A stretch of 64,000 bases of DNA from Utricularia gibba. Its lineage: Eukaryota; Plantae; Magnoliophyta. Both the position numbers and the translations under genes were made by a program. The DNA lies in contig NEEC01000031.1 in assembly GCA_002189035.1 (NCBI GenBank), forward strand, positions 186,001-250,000, given 5' to 3'. The notes under the pieces are model-generated. The model did no database searches, was not told the origin of the DNA, and worked only from the letters and a program-made list of their open reading frames with translations. This document shows positions 38,534-51,239 of this stretch, one piece after another. Position 1 is the first letter of the stretch. Each line of letters starts with the position of its first letter.

Positions 38534-41500
38534 TCATATCAACAGCCACTGGCCACAGAATCCAGCCATGCTGCAGGATCTTTTCCTACACGATGTAGAA
38601 TCTATCCCGCAATCCTCGTCGGTTAGGCATCTGTGGTCAGGACGAATATCAGGGACGTGACAAACACTTTCAAACTCCTGATGCCGGTGCTTGAAGAGCG
38701 CCGGGCAGATTTGCAATGACATTGGACTTAGATTGTATCCAGCATCTTCACCCTGAAAGGTTTATCGGCACAACTACAATCTTGATAGAACTTGTGGATC
38801 AGTTGAAAAACGAAATAAGAAGCATGAACAATACCTTAACAGAAGTCCAGTTACAGGATGTGTAGGTCTCAGGAAGTGTCTCGTGCCAAGAGGCTAAGAT
38901 AGGAAGTGGATGGCCTTCTGTTGTAAATATGTAGTTACGGCTGGCTAAAAACGAGTCATCGAACAGAAGGTACAAGTACTTGCACCTGCAGAAGAAATAA
39001 CCATATGAGTAATACTTACACAACAGCCCATATAGTAATAAACATGGCAGTGCATGGAGTATCCTGAATAAGTGGAGACTACCTGATTTTTGAGTTGTAG
39101 ACTTATTCTACATATTTTTATTTCACTCATGCAGTGCGCCAAAAAATTCTCACAGCATAATCCTTGATCCCTATGGTAGCATGATTATATAACGTAAGAA
39201 GCATATCCAGTGGACTCACATCTCCGCAAGGAAGTAACTGTGCTGATGATCTTCCAACTCCATAGTTGTCACATCTCTAATGCTGGCGAAGCCACCTTTA
39301 ACCCGGGTGTAGAAGTTGAGAGAATCAACAATTGACTTGCCAACTTCTAAGTACCATGGATCTGACGACCAGTAACAAAAATTACACAACATGCAAATCT
39401 GAAAGGGAAGGGCTATGGTCAACAGTTGGAATCACCCACATGGTGAAACAGTAAAATGTTTACTTTTGTTATAGCCAAAAGAATCAACCTTTTGTCGCTT
39501 GATAAAGGTAAAATGTTGATTCGGCCAACTCTGGGCGCAGTGGATAGTATTTCTCTGAAGGATGAAGGATTTGATGATCTAAGAGATACCTAAACAAAAA
39601 GCAGAAAGCCTCACCTGAGAAACTGCAATCAAACAAAATATGGTTCTGGAGGCACATTAGTGACCTACCCCCCCCCCCCCCAAAAAAAAATGGAAAAGTG
39701 AAGTACATGACAAGTAAAAGATGATACCTCTCAGGCATTACACCAAATTTTCTCCAAATATTAAAAAATTCACGATGGGATGAGTTTGCAGCTGCAATAT
39801 CCCCAAGAAGAACCTAATGAAAAAAAAAATTCAGGAATGCTTCAACAGAAAGCTAATACGTTGTTGTCCACCTGAAGTCCAGGCCAAAATGCTTGAAGGC
39901 TTGTAAGTTGCCAATAAGTTGCTCTCCCTGTCCGCATGTCAGCTTCATGATACCTGAGAAATGTTTATACTCATTTTAAATGGCCTTCAACTGTTCAGGT
40001 TGGAATAATTACCATTATCAAGTATGAGCAACTAAAACAATAAAACCAGTCCAGAATCAATAACTGGTGGATGCTAAATCGGAACATTACCAAGGGCCAT
40101 GCCTAAAATACTTCTGCACTGCAAGATAGGCAGATTGGAACATCCTCCAGAATTCTTCGTTGCCAAACAGAATATATGCTTTAAGTAGATACTCGTAAAA
40201 TGAATCAACACCTGTGAGACAAAAAAAATTAGGAAATCCACCCATGAGAATGTCTCCACTGAAAGAGATGGTAAATCCAAAAAATAGAGGCCTAAAAACA
40301 ATTACAACAAGAAAAATGCATACCTGCACCAATTCCAGATGAGTACTCAATCCATTCACCAGTTGCAACATCGAGTGTGGTGCCTAAAAGATTCAAGGAA
40401 CTCCTCATGCTCCATAACTTGCGAAGAGCACGAAAAGCAGCAAACTCAAATCTTGAATCTCCAGTTAAACGAGACAGAGCACCCATTTCGAGAATTAGAG
40501 AACCTAAGCAAAAAATCGAATTTGAACTACACAAATATCATGTGCATACCAGAGAGAGACGGAAGAGACGAGTTCTTACCACAACCAGATGTGCTTGTTT
40601 CGGTTGTCTCATTCTCCATCAAACCATGCTGCCACAAATTTATATATCGCTTATAGAAAACTTTAATGAGCGAAAAAAAAAGAACCGCTGTTTGAAACTC
40701 CACACCATCTATTTCTTGAAATACAAACACTTCCCTGCTTTCATCTATTACAATAACCCAGCCACATATTTTAATTGCATTTATCATATTCTAGAGCTTA
40801 GCGTTTACAATTTTCAGTCCTTGAATGAGAAGGATACATATGAAAATAATAAATGTTTCTTTTGAATAAGCTTTAAACTATCCTCCAATAATTAACTAAT
40901 ACCTTCAGATTGATCCATGCGTAAGGCAATCCAGAAGGGGTGTCAAATGCTGGCAAAAGCCGCCTTCCTAAATCTTCAGCTAGGACAAGAAGTTCATTAT
41001 TGTAAGTTCCACTAATGAATCTGCTTGTAGGATCAGTTGCAAGAATATGAGCAGAAACAAGTCCTCCAAGTACTCTTATGTTGCACTACAGAATATCATT
41101 CAAGAAAAAAAAATCAAAAAATAGAGTCTGCAGTCAAGATTAGAGTAACTGCAAAATATTAACAGGGTCTGTAAAGACCAATATTTATATGGCATGTGGG
41201 AGAGCCTAACCTACATGAGATGTAATTAAGTTATCTTAATTAGCATGATCCACTTGAAAAAAATAAGATAATCATAGTACCTCAAACAGATTTACTCTCA
41301 CATCAACGTCAAATGACAGGTTTCTAGATAGCCAAATAACTGCTCTTTCAAACTCGGTATTGTCTCCCAAGACTGCAAGACTGTAAGCAACCATGCACCG
41401 CTTAATGGCCATGGCATATAGAAGCAGCCAAAAAAAAGATAGATTTCACGAAAGGAAATAGAGGTCATTGCTAAAGAAAGCAAATTTTCTTTCTCAGATA

Positions 41501-42512
41501 CGCTATCAACAAACATAAATACCTCGATAGGGAATCAATCAAGGATAGAGCCGATCCATTGTATCCTAGTGACAGATGTTCAAGCTGCAATTTGGAGTTA
41601 AATATCAAGTCAAATATAAAACTAAACATATCAAGATAAAAAAAAAACTCACATTCAAATTTCCGAGTTCAGCGAGAGAATCTGTGTAAGTTTTGCTCAA
41701 AGGCTTCAATTCATCATGCTGAAGAGTAACTGATGTTGATTAACCATATACTTCTAATAAAAGATGCAACGCAACATTCATAGCAGAACACAGATATTTG
41801 ACTCACCGGAAATGCGTATTTCATGTAGTTGTGATATCCATGATAGAACCTGAAACAAAGAGGAAAAATAAAGCAAATCGACAGTGATAACGTGGGAAGC
41901 TCATATAAATGCATGTTTAAGATTGTAAGCCATAAACCAATCTCTTACTACATGTTGCTACAATCTAAGAATGGACTTTTTTTTTTTTTTGTGTGTAATC
42001 AAAATATTAATTAATAATCAAATGCTTACTTCAAGGAAATCGGAAATCCTTGTAACATGAAATCCTATAACTTATATCCATATGCCAAAAAAAAGGGATG
42101 CGATCAATGTTGCTTAAATGCATCAAGAATATTTTTTAAAAAAGAGACAGAAAGTTAAAAGTTGAACACATGGCTGAAAAGCTATCAGTACACAACACCA
42201 ACATGAACTAGAGATTCCCTCTTCGCCAAACGTGACCTCAATCCATTTCAACTATTAGAACAACACTGACCAAGAAAATGCAAATTCTTCAGGTGAGAAA
42301 CGACACGAATCTAGTCTGATACACGGTCCATAGCATAAAATACGAAATCCAAGTAATTCACATGGCACAAGGAGGTGAGCATCCGTACATCCGGCGAACT
42401 TTATCGCTCATTCGCTTCTTCTGAGCAGCAAGAGGATCGGGTTTCAAAAGGGGGAAGCGTTGCATGAGCCTGTGATAATCAGAAGCAATATAAACGCCCA
42501 TTTCGGTGACAT
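38534..42512 (-). CDS. MNS5: GH47 alpha-mannosidase I, EDEM-like (MNS5), multi-exon
   Basis: [125 protein letters not shown] and the Cys-rich tail [20 protein letters not shown]. One 1-nt frameshift at 42450-42454 in exon 1. Confidence 0.93.
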
Positions 42513-43413
42513 TCCGCTCGTCGTCGCAGGTTCTCCACCGACAGACAGCAAACTTAGCTGTAGTTGCGTCACGGTGATGGAGATGGCATCGCTCCAGCCC
42601 AATGGGCCGTTGACCACCAAAGAGATGGACGGGCCTTTGGGGGGTGGTGCAGTCACCTTTTCTGTACCCCCCATATTCATCCCGATTTTTTTATTATTAC
42701 GAGCGAGTTCAAGCAATCCCATTATTATCAAATCTGACCCAAGAACTATCTTGAGCTTTTCGCACTTTGGCCCTTTTCAGGAGTCTCCCTCTATATATTT
42801 AGCATTACCCATCTGCCTGCCTGCCTACTCAACTCATGGGGACGGATACCTAGCATTCATGCTGTTAAAGGGTGTTTGATAGTTAGGTATATGAAATTTA
42901 TATCCAAATTGCACTATATTTAAACATGATTATGTTGTGAGGTGTTGGGTGGAATCTATAAGATTTGAATCATTTATGTGCCATTTCGAATGAAGCACAT
43001 GAAATGCAATGATTGCTTTGCTACTTTCAAAACGTACTGAGACAAACGAACTTGCGGGGTGTGTGTGGCATGGAATGGAAAAGGCTCCCTTACCTAATCC
43101 CTAATGATGATGATGATGTGCATGTATCATACATGTATGTAGGTAGGTCTCACCGGGTGCCAAAAACATGTTTAATGAAGAAAGCGGGGACCCAGATGCA
43201 ATTATACCAATCGTCGAGTTTGGCGAAACGGCCTGTCGTCATCTGTGATGTAGGTGACGGCGACCGTGTTCTCACTCTCCTATTTCTCTCTGGCCCAAAA
43301 TCCGGGAATCTTTAGACTCGGTTTCCTCCGATTCTTCCCAAATCTCGGATCTTTTCATCAATTCCTCCATCTTCTAGGTGTCGTTTTTTAATTCCATTGG
43401 TCAGGGGCTGCAG

Positions 43414-44977
43414 ATGGGCCGAGATGGCAAGTTTCTCCGCCTCTTCAGCTTTTCACCCGCCAGAAAGAAGAAGCTGCCGCCGGAGTATGTTTGCCCCATT
43501 TCCAAGTCGCTGATGTTTGACCCCTATGTTGTTTCTTCTGGCCAAAGCTTCGAGGGTTTGTATGTGCGCGTTTGCAGAGATTTGGGATTCACGCCAACGC
43601 TCGCCCAAGGGTCAACGCCGGATTTCTCATCGATGGTTCCGAATACGGTGCTTAAGAATCTTATCCACGAGTGGTGTTCGCGTAATGGGCTAGAGCTTCC
43701 TAAGCAACCGGCGTATGGTGAGGTAAAGTATATTGTTCTCTCTCTGATGGAGAATGGTGAAAATCCGGGCCTTCCGGCGTCGGAGAGGGAATTGATTCAT
43801 GGTATGCCGGAAACTCCGGGGGTTCTATTCTCACACGCTGACACTGAGTGCATCGGTGGCAAATTTTACCGCTCTTCCAGCTCTGAGGAGTCTGTGGTAG
43901 TCAATAATTCGTCTTTGTTGCCCTTTGCAACTCGACCTTCTTGCCTTTCTTACTGTTCTTCGCCGTCTTCCTGTTCGGGAATGTTCCCACCGAGATTGCG
44001 AGTAATGTTTTCTCAGAATCTTCCGAGGAGGAGGAGTATCTTTCGATGATGCAAAGTCTGGATGTTTCCGACCAAGAGCAGGCCGTGATTCTCCTGCGGA
44101 AGACCACAAAAAGCAGCGTAGAAGCCAGGGCGGCGCTTTGCTCGGAGAAGCTTTTGCTTGCTATGCGCCAGCTGTTGGGCTCACGCTACGCCGCCGTGCA
44201 GATAAACGCCCTGGCATCACTGGTGAATCTTTCACTGGAGAAAGGTAATAAAGGGAAGATCTTGAGAAATGGGATTGTTCCAATGCTAATCGATGTGCTG
44301 AAGAATGGCTCCGATGAGGCCCGGGAGCATGCTGCCGGAGCGATTTTCAGTTTAGCTGTGGAGGATGAGAATCGGACGGCGATCGGAGTTCTGGGAGCGA
44401 TTGAACCGCTGGTTCACGAGCTTAGATCGGGTACGCCGCGAAGCCGCCACGATTCGGCTCTGGCGTTGTATCACTTGACCCTTGTACGCAGCAACCGCAC
44501 AAGAATCGTTCAGCTGGGAGCCACCGTCGTGTTGTTGAGACTACTGAACGACAAAGACGTAGCGTCGCATGTGGCGTTTGTGGTGTGCAACTTGGCGGCG
44601 TCCGACGCGGGGAAAGCGGCGCTGTTCAACAACAAGGCCGTGGAGTGTCTCGTCGACGTTCTGCGAGGCGGGCGGGAGAAGCACTCGGAGGCGACCCTGG
44701 AAACCTGTGCGGCGGCGTTGCAGCTGTTGAGTGACGGGAGCCCGAAATTCAAAGCGGTGGCGATGAGTTGCGGGCACTGGAAGTGCTGGTTGTTGTAGCG
44801 GAGACGGGGAGCAAGCGGGCGAAGGATAAGGCGAAGAGAATACTAGAGCTGCTCCGGCGTGTTGAGACGGCGGAGGATGGAATTGAGGTGGATTGGGACG
44901 CCGTGATGAAGAGCGGCGTGCCACGGCCTGCACACCGGGGCAGCCACCTCCATGCTCCCCACTCAAGTGGATTTTGA
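43414..44977 (+). CDS. U-box/ARM-repeat E3 ubiquitin ligase (PUB38-41 group), intronless
   Basis: U-box PPEYVCPISKSLMFDPYVVSSGQSFE..PNTVLKNLIHEWC, then ARM repeats VQINALASLVNLSLEKGNK..EHAAGAIFSLAVEDENRTAIGVLGA. Three ORFs are joined by 1-nt additions at 43977-43981 and 44772-44774. Confidence 0.9.
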
Positions 44978-45484
44978 GTTCACTGGAGAAGCTGTTTGGT
45001 GATTCGCGTAGCTGAATTCTTCTTCTACCTTCCTGCTCTTCGTCCTCAAAAAAACTGTAAATGCTCTTTATTTTTAACGATTGAGTTATTCTTGTGAATT
45101 GCAGTATGCGTAATACATGTGAAACCGAGCCGACCAATTATCTTGAGGGTTCTTCTCATCTGATCCAAGCAAAGCTACAGGCATACTGTTATTACACTCT
45201 GCACATGAAATGAATGCTTCTAATCATTCTCCTTATCTCAGCAACCACAAAGATGGGGGACATCACGACATATAGAAGATGGAACCCATTCCTTTCATAT
45301 CTGTTGATCAACATACACACTTACCCCTAGAAAGTTTCCTAATGCCATCAGGTTTCGGCCAGATCAGGTTCTAACGAATCCTCAAAGCGCTTCAGGCGCC
45401 GAGTGGAGCCCAATGGTTTGGCAAACAAGAAAGCAGGTTCACATCGGCATTGGCTCGATGGGTCAATCAGATTCAGTTCTGATG

Positions 45485-48423
45485 TCACACTCCACCAGCT
45501 ATAAGTTGGGTGCTTGACCTTGCGCTCCTCGCATTGGCCTTATTCCTGCTGTCTCCGAGTAGGCCTGTTGGGAGAGCGCCTGTTCCAGGCAAGGGGGAGT
45601 TGCATAAACTGAATATTCCAAGGGATTCTGAGTCGTCCGTAGGTGACTTCGTTTTAGAGAAGAGACGCTTCAAGTGGGACTTTTGACAGATTATCCTCCC
45701 CTTGTTCCAACCCGGGAAAAGGAAAGATGATGATACATCTTTCAGCAAAGAATAAGCAGCTTTTGCAACAGGGAAATCTCTTGATGATGCGCTCTTCTCC
45801 ATCATCCCTCGTCTGCATAGAAAAACAAATCCGGTCTATTTGCGCTTTCGGCAACGTCTCTAAAATCAGAAAACCAGTTATTTTGTGCAACCAGAATGAC
45901 CATAAAATATTTAGCAGGATGTCACAGTGAACAGGAATCGTGCACAAAGCTTTTCTTTTGCAAGATTAAACAAACTACGTTTCATTGGGTTGTTTAATTG
46001 GGTTCTCAGAATACTCTACCATGCAATAAAATATAAAGAATTGGCTGTGAGTATGTGATGGAACATGGCCACACAATATTTGGACTAAATACTTACACTA
46101 CGACAACACTTGCCAAATGAGGAGGCTCCCTTCCGTTAGTCAGGAGGTCATGCATATCGTTCAGCCAGACAGATATTGCAGTACATGCACCACCAGGCCA
46201 CATTCTGAAAGATTAAAGATGAGATGCTATCAGCAAAACAAGAAATTACCCTCCTGAAGTTCCTGTTTACGACAAAAACAGAAGGCAATCTACCTGTGAA
46301 CGTCCACAGACCATATGTTATTGTTTTTACGAAATAATTCAGGATACAGACCCCTCTTCGTTGCTTCACGAAGCACTCTAGCTGCCCTTTCCTTCTGCCC
46401 CAGATGCCAGAGCGCTTCCAAAACTGCATTATAAAACTTAATCCCATAACCGCACCCCTCGGAACTGAGTTTGTCAAATGCGTATTCTACCATTTGCCAA
46501 TTACTGCTGTCATCAAAAGATCCCTTAATCATTTGTCCCATAACCTGGTGGGCAGTGGATCCTCTGTTTGTATGCATCTCGGTTAGCAATTCATTTACTT
46601 TGTCCCATCTTTGAGATTTTGCATACACAGCCAACATTGTACAGTAACATGTAACACTTGGTTGTATGCCCAACTCCTTGATTTCAGTAAATTGCCGCTC
46701 ACACTCATCGACAAGGCCTGCAAAGGAATAAACACTCAAGACTGCCTCAAGGGTATATTCGTCAGGATCGCACCTCACCTTTTCATGTCAACATAAGCCT
46801 GTAAGGCATCTTCATATTGTCCAGCTTGTCTATATCCTTCAATCACACCATTCAAAGAATCTCTATTCTTTAACACTCCGAGCTCATTCATTCTTGACAA
46901 TATCGACTCAGTTTCTTTGTAAAGCCCTCCTCTTGCAAAACTATGAATCAGAGTGTTGAAGGTTTCAATTGTTGGAGAACTCCCAACCTCATTCATGGTA
47001 TTGAAAGCAACAACAGCTTCCTCATAAAGCGCAGCCTGACCATAAGCTTCAATTACACTTGTATATACTTTGGAAGTTGGTGTCAAGCTTGCATCATTCA
47101 TATGATGCAAAATCTTCTTTGCTTCTTCATGAAGACCTCCTTTCCCACAAGCATGGATCAGACCTTCATATGTTTCCATATTGGGTTCCACATTCTCTTC
47201 CACCATATCATGAAACAATGTCACTACCTCCTTGAAATACCCCCCTTCTCCAAAAACCTGAATAAGTATATTGTATGAAGCTGCATCTGGTTCCGTGTTG
47301 CTGACTTTCATATCTAGGAAAAGCTCCCTGACCTCATCATACCTTCCATGCCTCCCAAACAATTGTAACAAAATGCCATATGTCCCAGCATTAGGCGTAC
47401 AGCCAGCAGCTTGCATTTGCCTGAAGACACCCATAGCTTCGCTTATCTTCCCAGAACGAGCATAAGCTTCTAACAACACATTATAACTCATCGCCTCTGG
47501 CATATTTCCGGCTGCTTCCATCTCCTGGAGCGACTCGGAAACCTTCTCCAAGTTTCCCGATTTCCCAAATGTCTCCACTAAATACCTGTAGGTAGTAATA
47601 TCCGGCAGCACCCCACTGTCATTCATCGTCCTAAACACCATATGAGCCTCATCTACCAATCCCTGGTGGAGCATGCACTCAACAATGTGTTGTAAGTGAT
47701 CAAATCCGGGTGAACACCCTCATGCCGCATATCACCGAACAAACTCAACAGACCCTCCCATGGATATCCGCCTCTTGCACAAGCATTAATGACGGTATTG
47801 TAAGTCAATATATTAGGCAATATTCTTTCTCCCTTCATTCTATCAAGCAATTCAATGGCAGTCTCATACTGCCCATTTCGACCGTAGGCGTTAATGATCG
47901 CCGTGTAAGAAAGAACGGTTCTGGGAACAGAATGCACCGTCATTTCATCAAATATCTCGGCGGACTTATCCAGAAGCCCTTCACGACCAAGGATTCCGAC
48001 AACGAGAGCGTAAATATGCTCGTTAGGCTTACACCAAATCTGGCGCTGCATATACTTAAACAGGCGAAGAGAGCGCTGCCAATCCCCACGCTGCGCGAAT
48101 TCCTTGAAGACGGAAGAGAAATCAGACAAAGAAAGCTTGTTTTTGAAGGTGTCGAGGCATCTGGCTATGCTTCCGCGTGGCGGGAGGCTAGATAGCTTGT
48201 TAATTAGAGTTTCGACGTCGTAGCTATACTTTCCCTTTTCCACCGTAACGCTTGGGTTCCCAAGGATGAGCTCTTTACTTCTGGACTTGGCCACCACGGA
48301 CAGCCCCCGCCGGGGCCCCGGCAAACGGAAGTGATACCCGCGGCAGGGTTGGAACTCTGCCGCGGAGGTTGGACGCACAAAGGGCGAGAGCAGCGGCCGA
48401 TGGAACAAGGCTAATTTCGTCAT
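45485..48423 (-). CDS. PTAC2: Plastid PEP-associated PPR-SMR protein pTAC2
   Basis: Transit peptide, ELILGNPSVTVEKGKYSYDVETLINKLSSLPPRGSIARCLD, tandem PPR motifs and SMR region WSVDVHR|MWPGGACTAISVWL..|RGMMEKSASSRDFPVAKAAYSLLK. 1-nt frameshifts at 47662-47664 and about 46780. Confidence 0.95.
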
Positions 48424-48485
48424 TGCGGTTACTCCTTCCAGAGCTGCAGAGCATTGCAGTCCGGTGAGGTGAAGTGTTATCTAAA

Positions 48486-48493
48486 TTTTTATA
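48486..48493 (-). promoter_or_regulatory. Putative TATA box of pTAC2
   Basis: TATAAAAA on the minus strand about 65 nt upstream of the pTAC2 ATG. Confidence 0.4.
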
Positions 48494-48599
48494 ACGCATT
48501 TTATTCAGTTTTTTTTTTCTTTGCGATTGCAGGAAAAAATTGAATTTCAGGTGAGCGTATATGAAGGGAATCCAGATCCAGATCCATCCACCTTGGGCT

Positions 48600-49330
48600 G
48601 GAGATGCTGTTTCATCCCAAATAAGCCCAGCCCAAATGATGCCCGGAGATCATCGTCTCTCTTGCAACCCAGAACTTGCAGTGAACATAACCAGGCCTGT
48701 CTCAGGGTCTTCACGTGGAATTTGAACGGCAGGTATCGGCAATAAGCTTTCTCGGTGTGAGCCATTTTTGTTATGGCTTCGGCAGCAGCGTTCTCGCCAC
48801 TCAGCAACTCCATCAATGGATTCTTCATTTCATTCCCAGTAATGACTCCCGTAACTCCTATAAGTTTTCCAATCAACGCCGAAGGGGCAGGTTTCGCTTT
48901 AGCTCTCGCATTTGGCCAATATTTCGAGCCTGGGGAGAAACTCTTTCAAGCTACTGGCGTCGGGGTTTCTAGATCCCTCGATTATCGAAGCTACGCACAA
49001 GGCGGCGCCGGTCTGATGTTGGGACCCTGCTCGATAAAGAGGGATTCCAGGAATGGGCTTGCTGAAAGTTGGAGATGTAGGCTGCGGATCAAGTTACCGT
49101 GGTGCTCCGAGACAACAGGAATCAACCGGACGCACTGGCGCAGTACTGGGGATCTGTGGCGGAAATGGAGGAGAGAAATGGGAGATGAGCGGGGATTCAA
49201 GCTCCGTCCCAGCAGCTCCCGGGCCTCCGCCTGCTTGTTGACGTCGTGCAAAGAAAACCAAATGCACCTCTGCCGGGAGGGCGGAGCATGGAAGCAGATT
49301 TCTGGTGGCGCGTGGCGAACTTGGCGACAT
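48600..49330 (-). pseudogene. Decayed TORTIFOLIA1-like (TOR1L3-type HEAT/ARM microtubule-associated protein) gene relic
   Basis: Collinear fragments in three different frames: RSPVLRQCVRLIPVVSEHHGN (about 49092-49155), FLESLFIEQ then QTGAALCVASIIEGSRNPDASSLKEFLPRLEILAKCES (about 48899-49045), and AKPAPSALIGKLIG..LMELLSGENAAAEAITKMA (about 48760-48898). They are separated by frameshifts and apparent multi-codon deletions relative to the recalled family consensus. Confidence 0.65.
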
Positions 49331-49528
49331 TCTGAACCATTATGACACATCGACCAAGTTGAGTAAAAAAAATAAATTACAGACTTGGAAATTTGGTGAT
49401 GCTGTAATTCAACCAAAATGGCTACAGACTCCACAATTTCTGTTCCATAATCTCACCGCTTCTGCCATGCTCATTCATTATTCTTTCTGAAGGGACATGT
49501 GTCATGCTGCAACACTTGATTGGCAGTA

Positions 49529-51239
49529 TTACAGTAGCCGCTTGTGCTTGTAAAATGCAACTAGAATTACGAACAGGGCGATGCTCGCGACGGTCGATCC
49601 GACGACCAGTCCGAGGAAGTTGGGCATTCCGGACTTCTCGGAATCGTAGAGGCCTATCTTGATGTTCATGGCGAACAGTCCGGACAAGGCCACGTTGGCA
49701 CCGGCCAGCATCGTCCCGGTGCTCACCAGTATTCCAACTCGCAGCAGACTGTTCTGTCTGTCATCCAGAATAATGTTTATGTAGTCCTCTGTGTCGTCCA
49801 CGTACTCCCTCAACTATAAAAAAGCATCAAGAGTGAAGAACACACGGACAACATGAATGGCTGCTCGACAAACTCTAAAGGGGCATTAGGAGCTCACGCT
49901 TGTCAGAGTTTGCAACGTGCCTTGAATCTGCACAAAATATGCTTCCAAGATCATCTCCAGCCCCTGAACATCATGATGCTTTGAGGAAGCAACATCCCTC
50001 GCGCTTCCTTCATCCACCACATTCTTTTCCTTGTCTCCCCTGAAAATGGTGTCCTCCCAAGTCAAGGAAACGACAAAGAGTTGTGTTAGCAAAGTAGAGG
50101 TAGTTTTAAAATGCCTGGCTTCCTCTTCTTCTTCTTCAACTTCATCATCATCATCTCCGTCGGTGATATAATTAAGAATGTTTGAATGTGATTGCTCCAG
50201 CTTGTCTGTTAGATACATAGCTGCCATGTCATCGTCGTCATCCAGAAGATGCTCCAGTTCATCCCTGACCTGGTGTTCGATGATGATAAGCGTAAGGACA
50301 TTTTCACATTCCATCCCGATGTGGGACAATCGAGTACTTACCTTCTGTACACGGCCTGTCAAGGAGGCCAAACGAGCCTTTATATTGCGCACAAGGTCTA
50401 TATTGGGAGAGCTTATCTTGGAGACCAGCTTATCTAACGCTGGATGAGCTTCTTGCTCCAACGCCTTCGCCTTCATTGAGGATTGGTGGAGCGTATCAGA
50501 GGAGAAGGAAGACGTGCTCAAATGAAAAGATGCGCGGTTGGTTACCTCACGGTCCAAGGAGACACAAACACATTGAAGACAGGCTTCGAGCGCGACAAAT
50601 TCAAAGGGGAGAAGCTTTTGGGGGTTGTTCGAATGTTCACTCATGTTATTCCGGTGCTCTTTTTCGTCATCGGAGCATCCATCGCAGCTTTCTCCAGGAC
50701 TGGAATGCGGCTCATTCAGACTACACAAATCTCCACCAGCTTCCTGAAAAATAAAATAATCAACACCCAGAAAAAAAGAGAATCAAAAGATGGCTCGTCG
50801 TGAGTGCTTGTTGGCTAACCCAAGAAGAGGAAATGGCATGGCGGTGACTAAAAATCTGGCGAAGGTTGTCGATAAAAGGTGCGACCAGGGGGTGTTTGAA
50901 ATTCAAAAACATGACTTGTTGGGCGGTGATGATCGCCTTTATGTGTTCGAGGTTGACGACGATGGCTGTCTCCCTCCCCAAGATCCTGGATGGATGCGAC
51001 AGGGAGGGCTCCAAGATCCTAAGATCTCGAGTCGGGATCCCCGTTCGCTTCTTGATTGCATGCTTCCCAACTTGCTCGATCACTCGGACTTGGCCCGTAG
51101 GATCCACCAAGACCCAGGCCTGAACACGCCACCCCTTCTTGTTCATGGGAGCAGCAGGAGGAGGAGGAAGAGGAGGAGGAGCCGTCCACTGTTCATCGTC
51201 GCCCTCCATCGTCGCACAGGCTCTATTTCTTCGATCCAA
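49529..51239 (-). CDS. MRS2/CorA-family magnesium transporter with AMN in place of GMN; about 6 exons
   Basis: RTGIPTRDLRILEPSLSHPSRILGRETAIVVNLEHIKAIITAQQV, LPFEFVALEACL, EAHPALDKL, VRDELEHLLDDDDDMAAMYLT, LEMILEAYFVQI, LREYVDDTEDYINIILDDRQNSLL and two C-terminal TMs with GLFAMNI. Start is at 51239 or 51209. Confidence 0.92.

Noticed and set aside
50316-50328. Perfect plant snRNA-promoter USE (GTCCCACATCG, minus strand)
   Set aside because: It lies inside a 72-nt MRS2 intron, has no properly spaced TATA box, and the downstream sequence is MRS2 exon rather than an snRNA, 7SL or telomerase RNA body.
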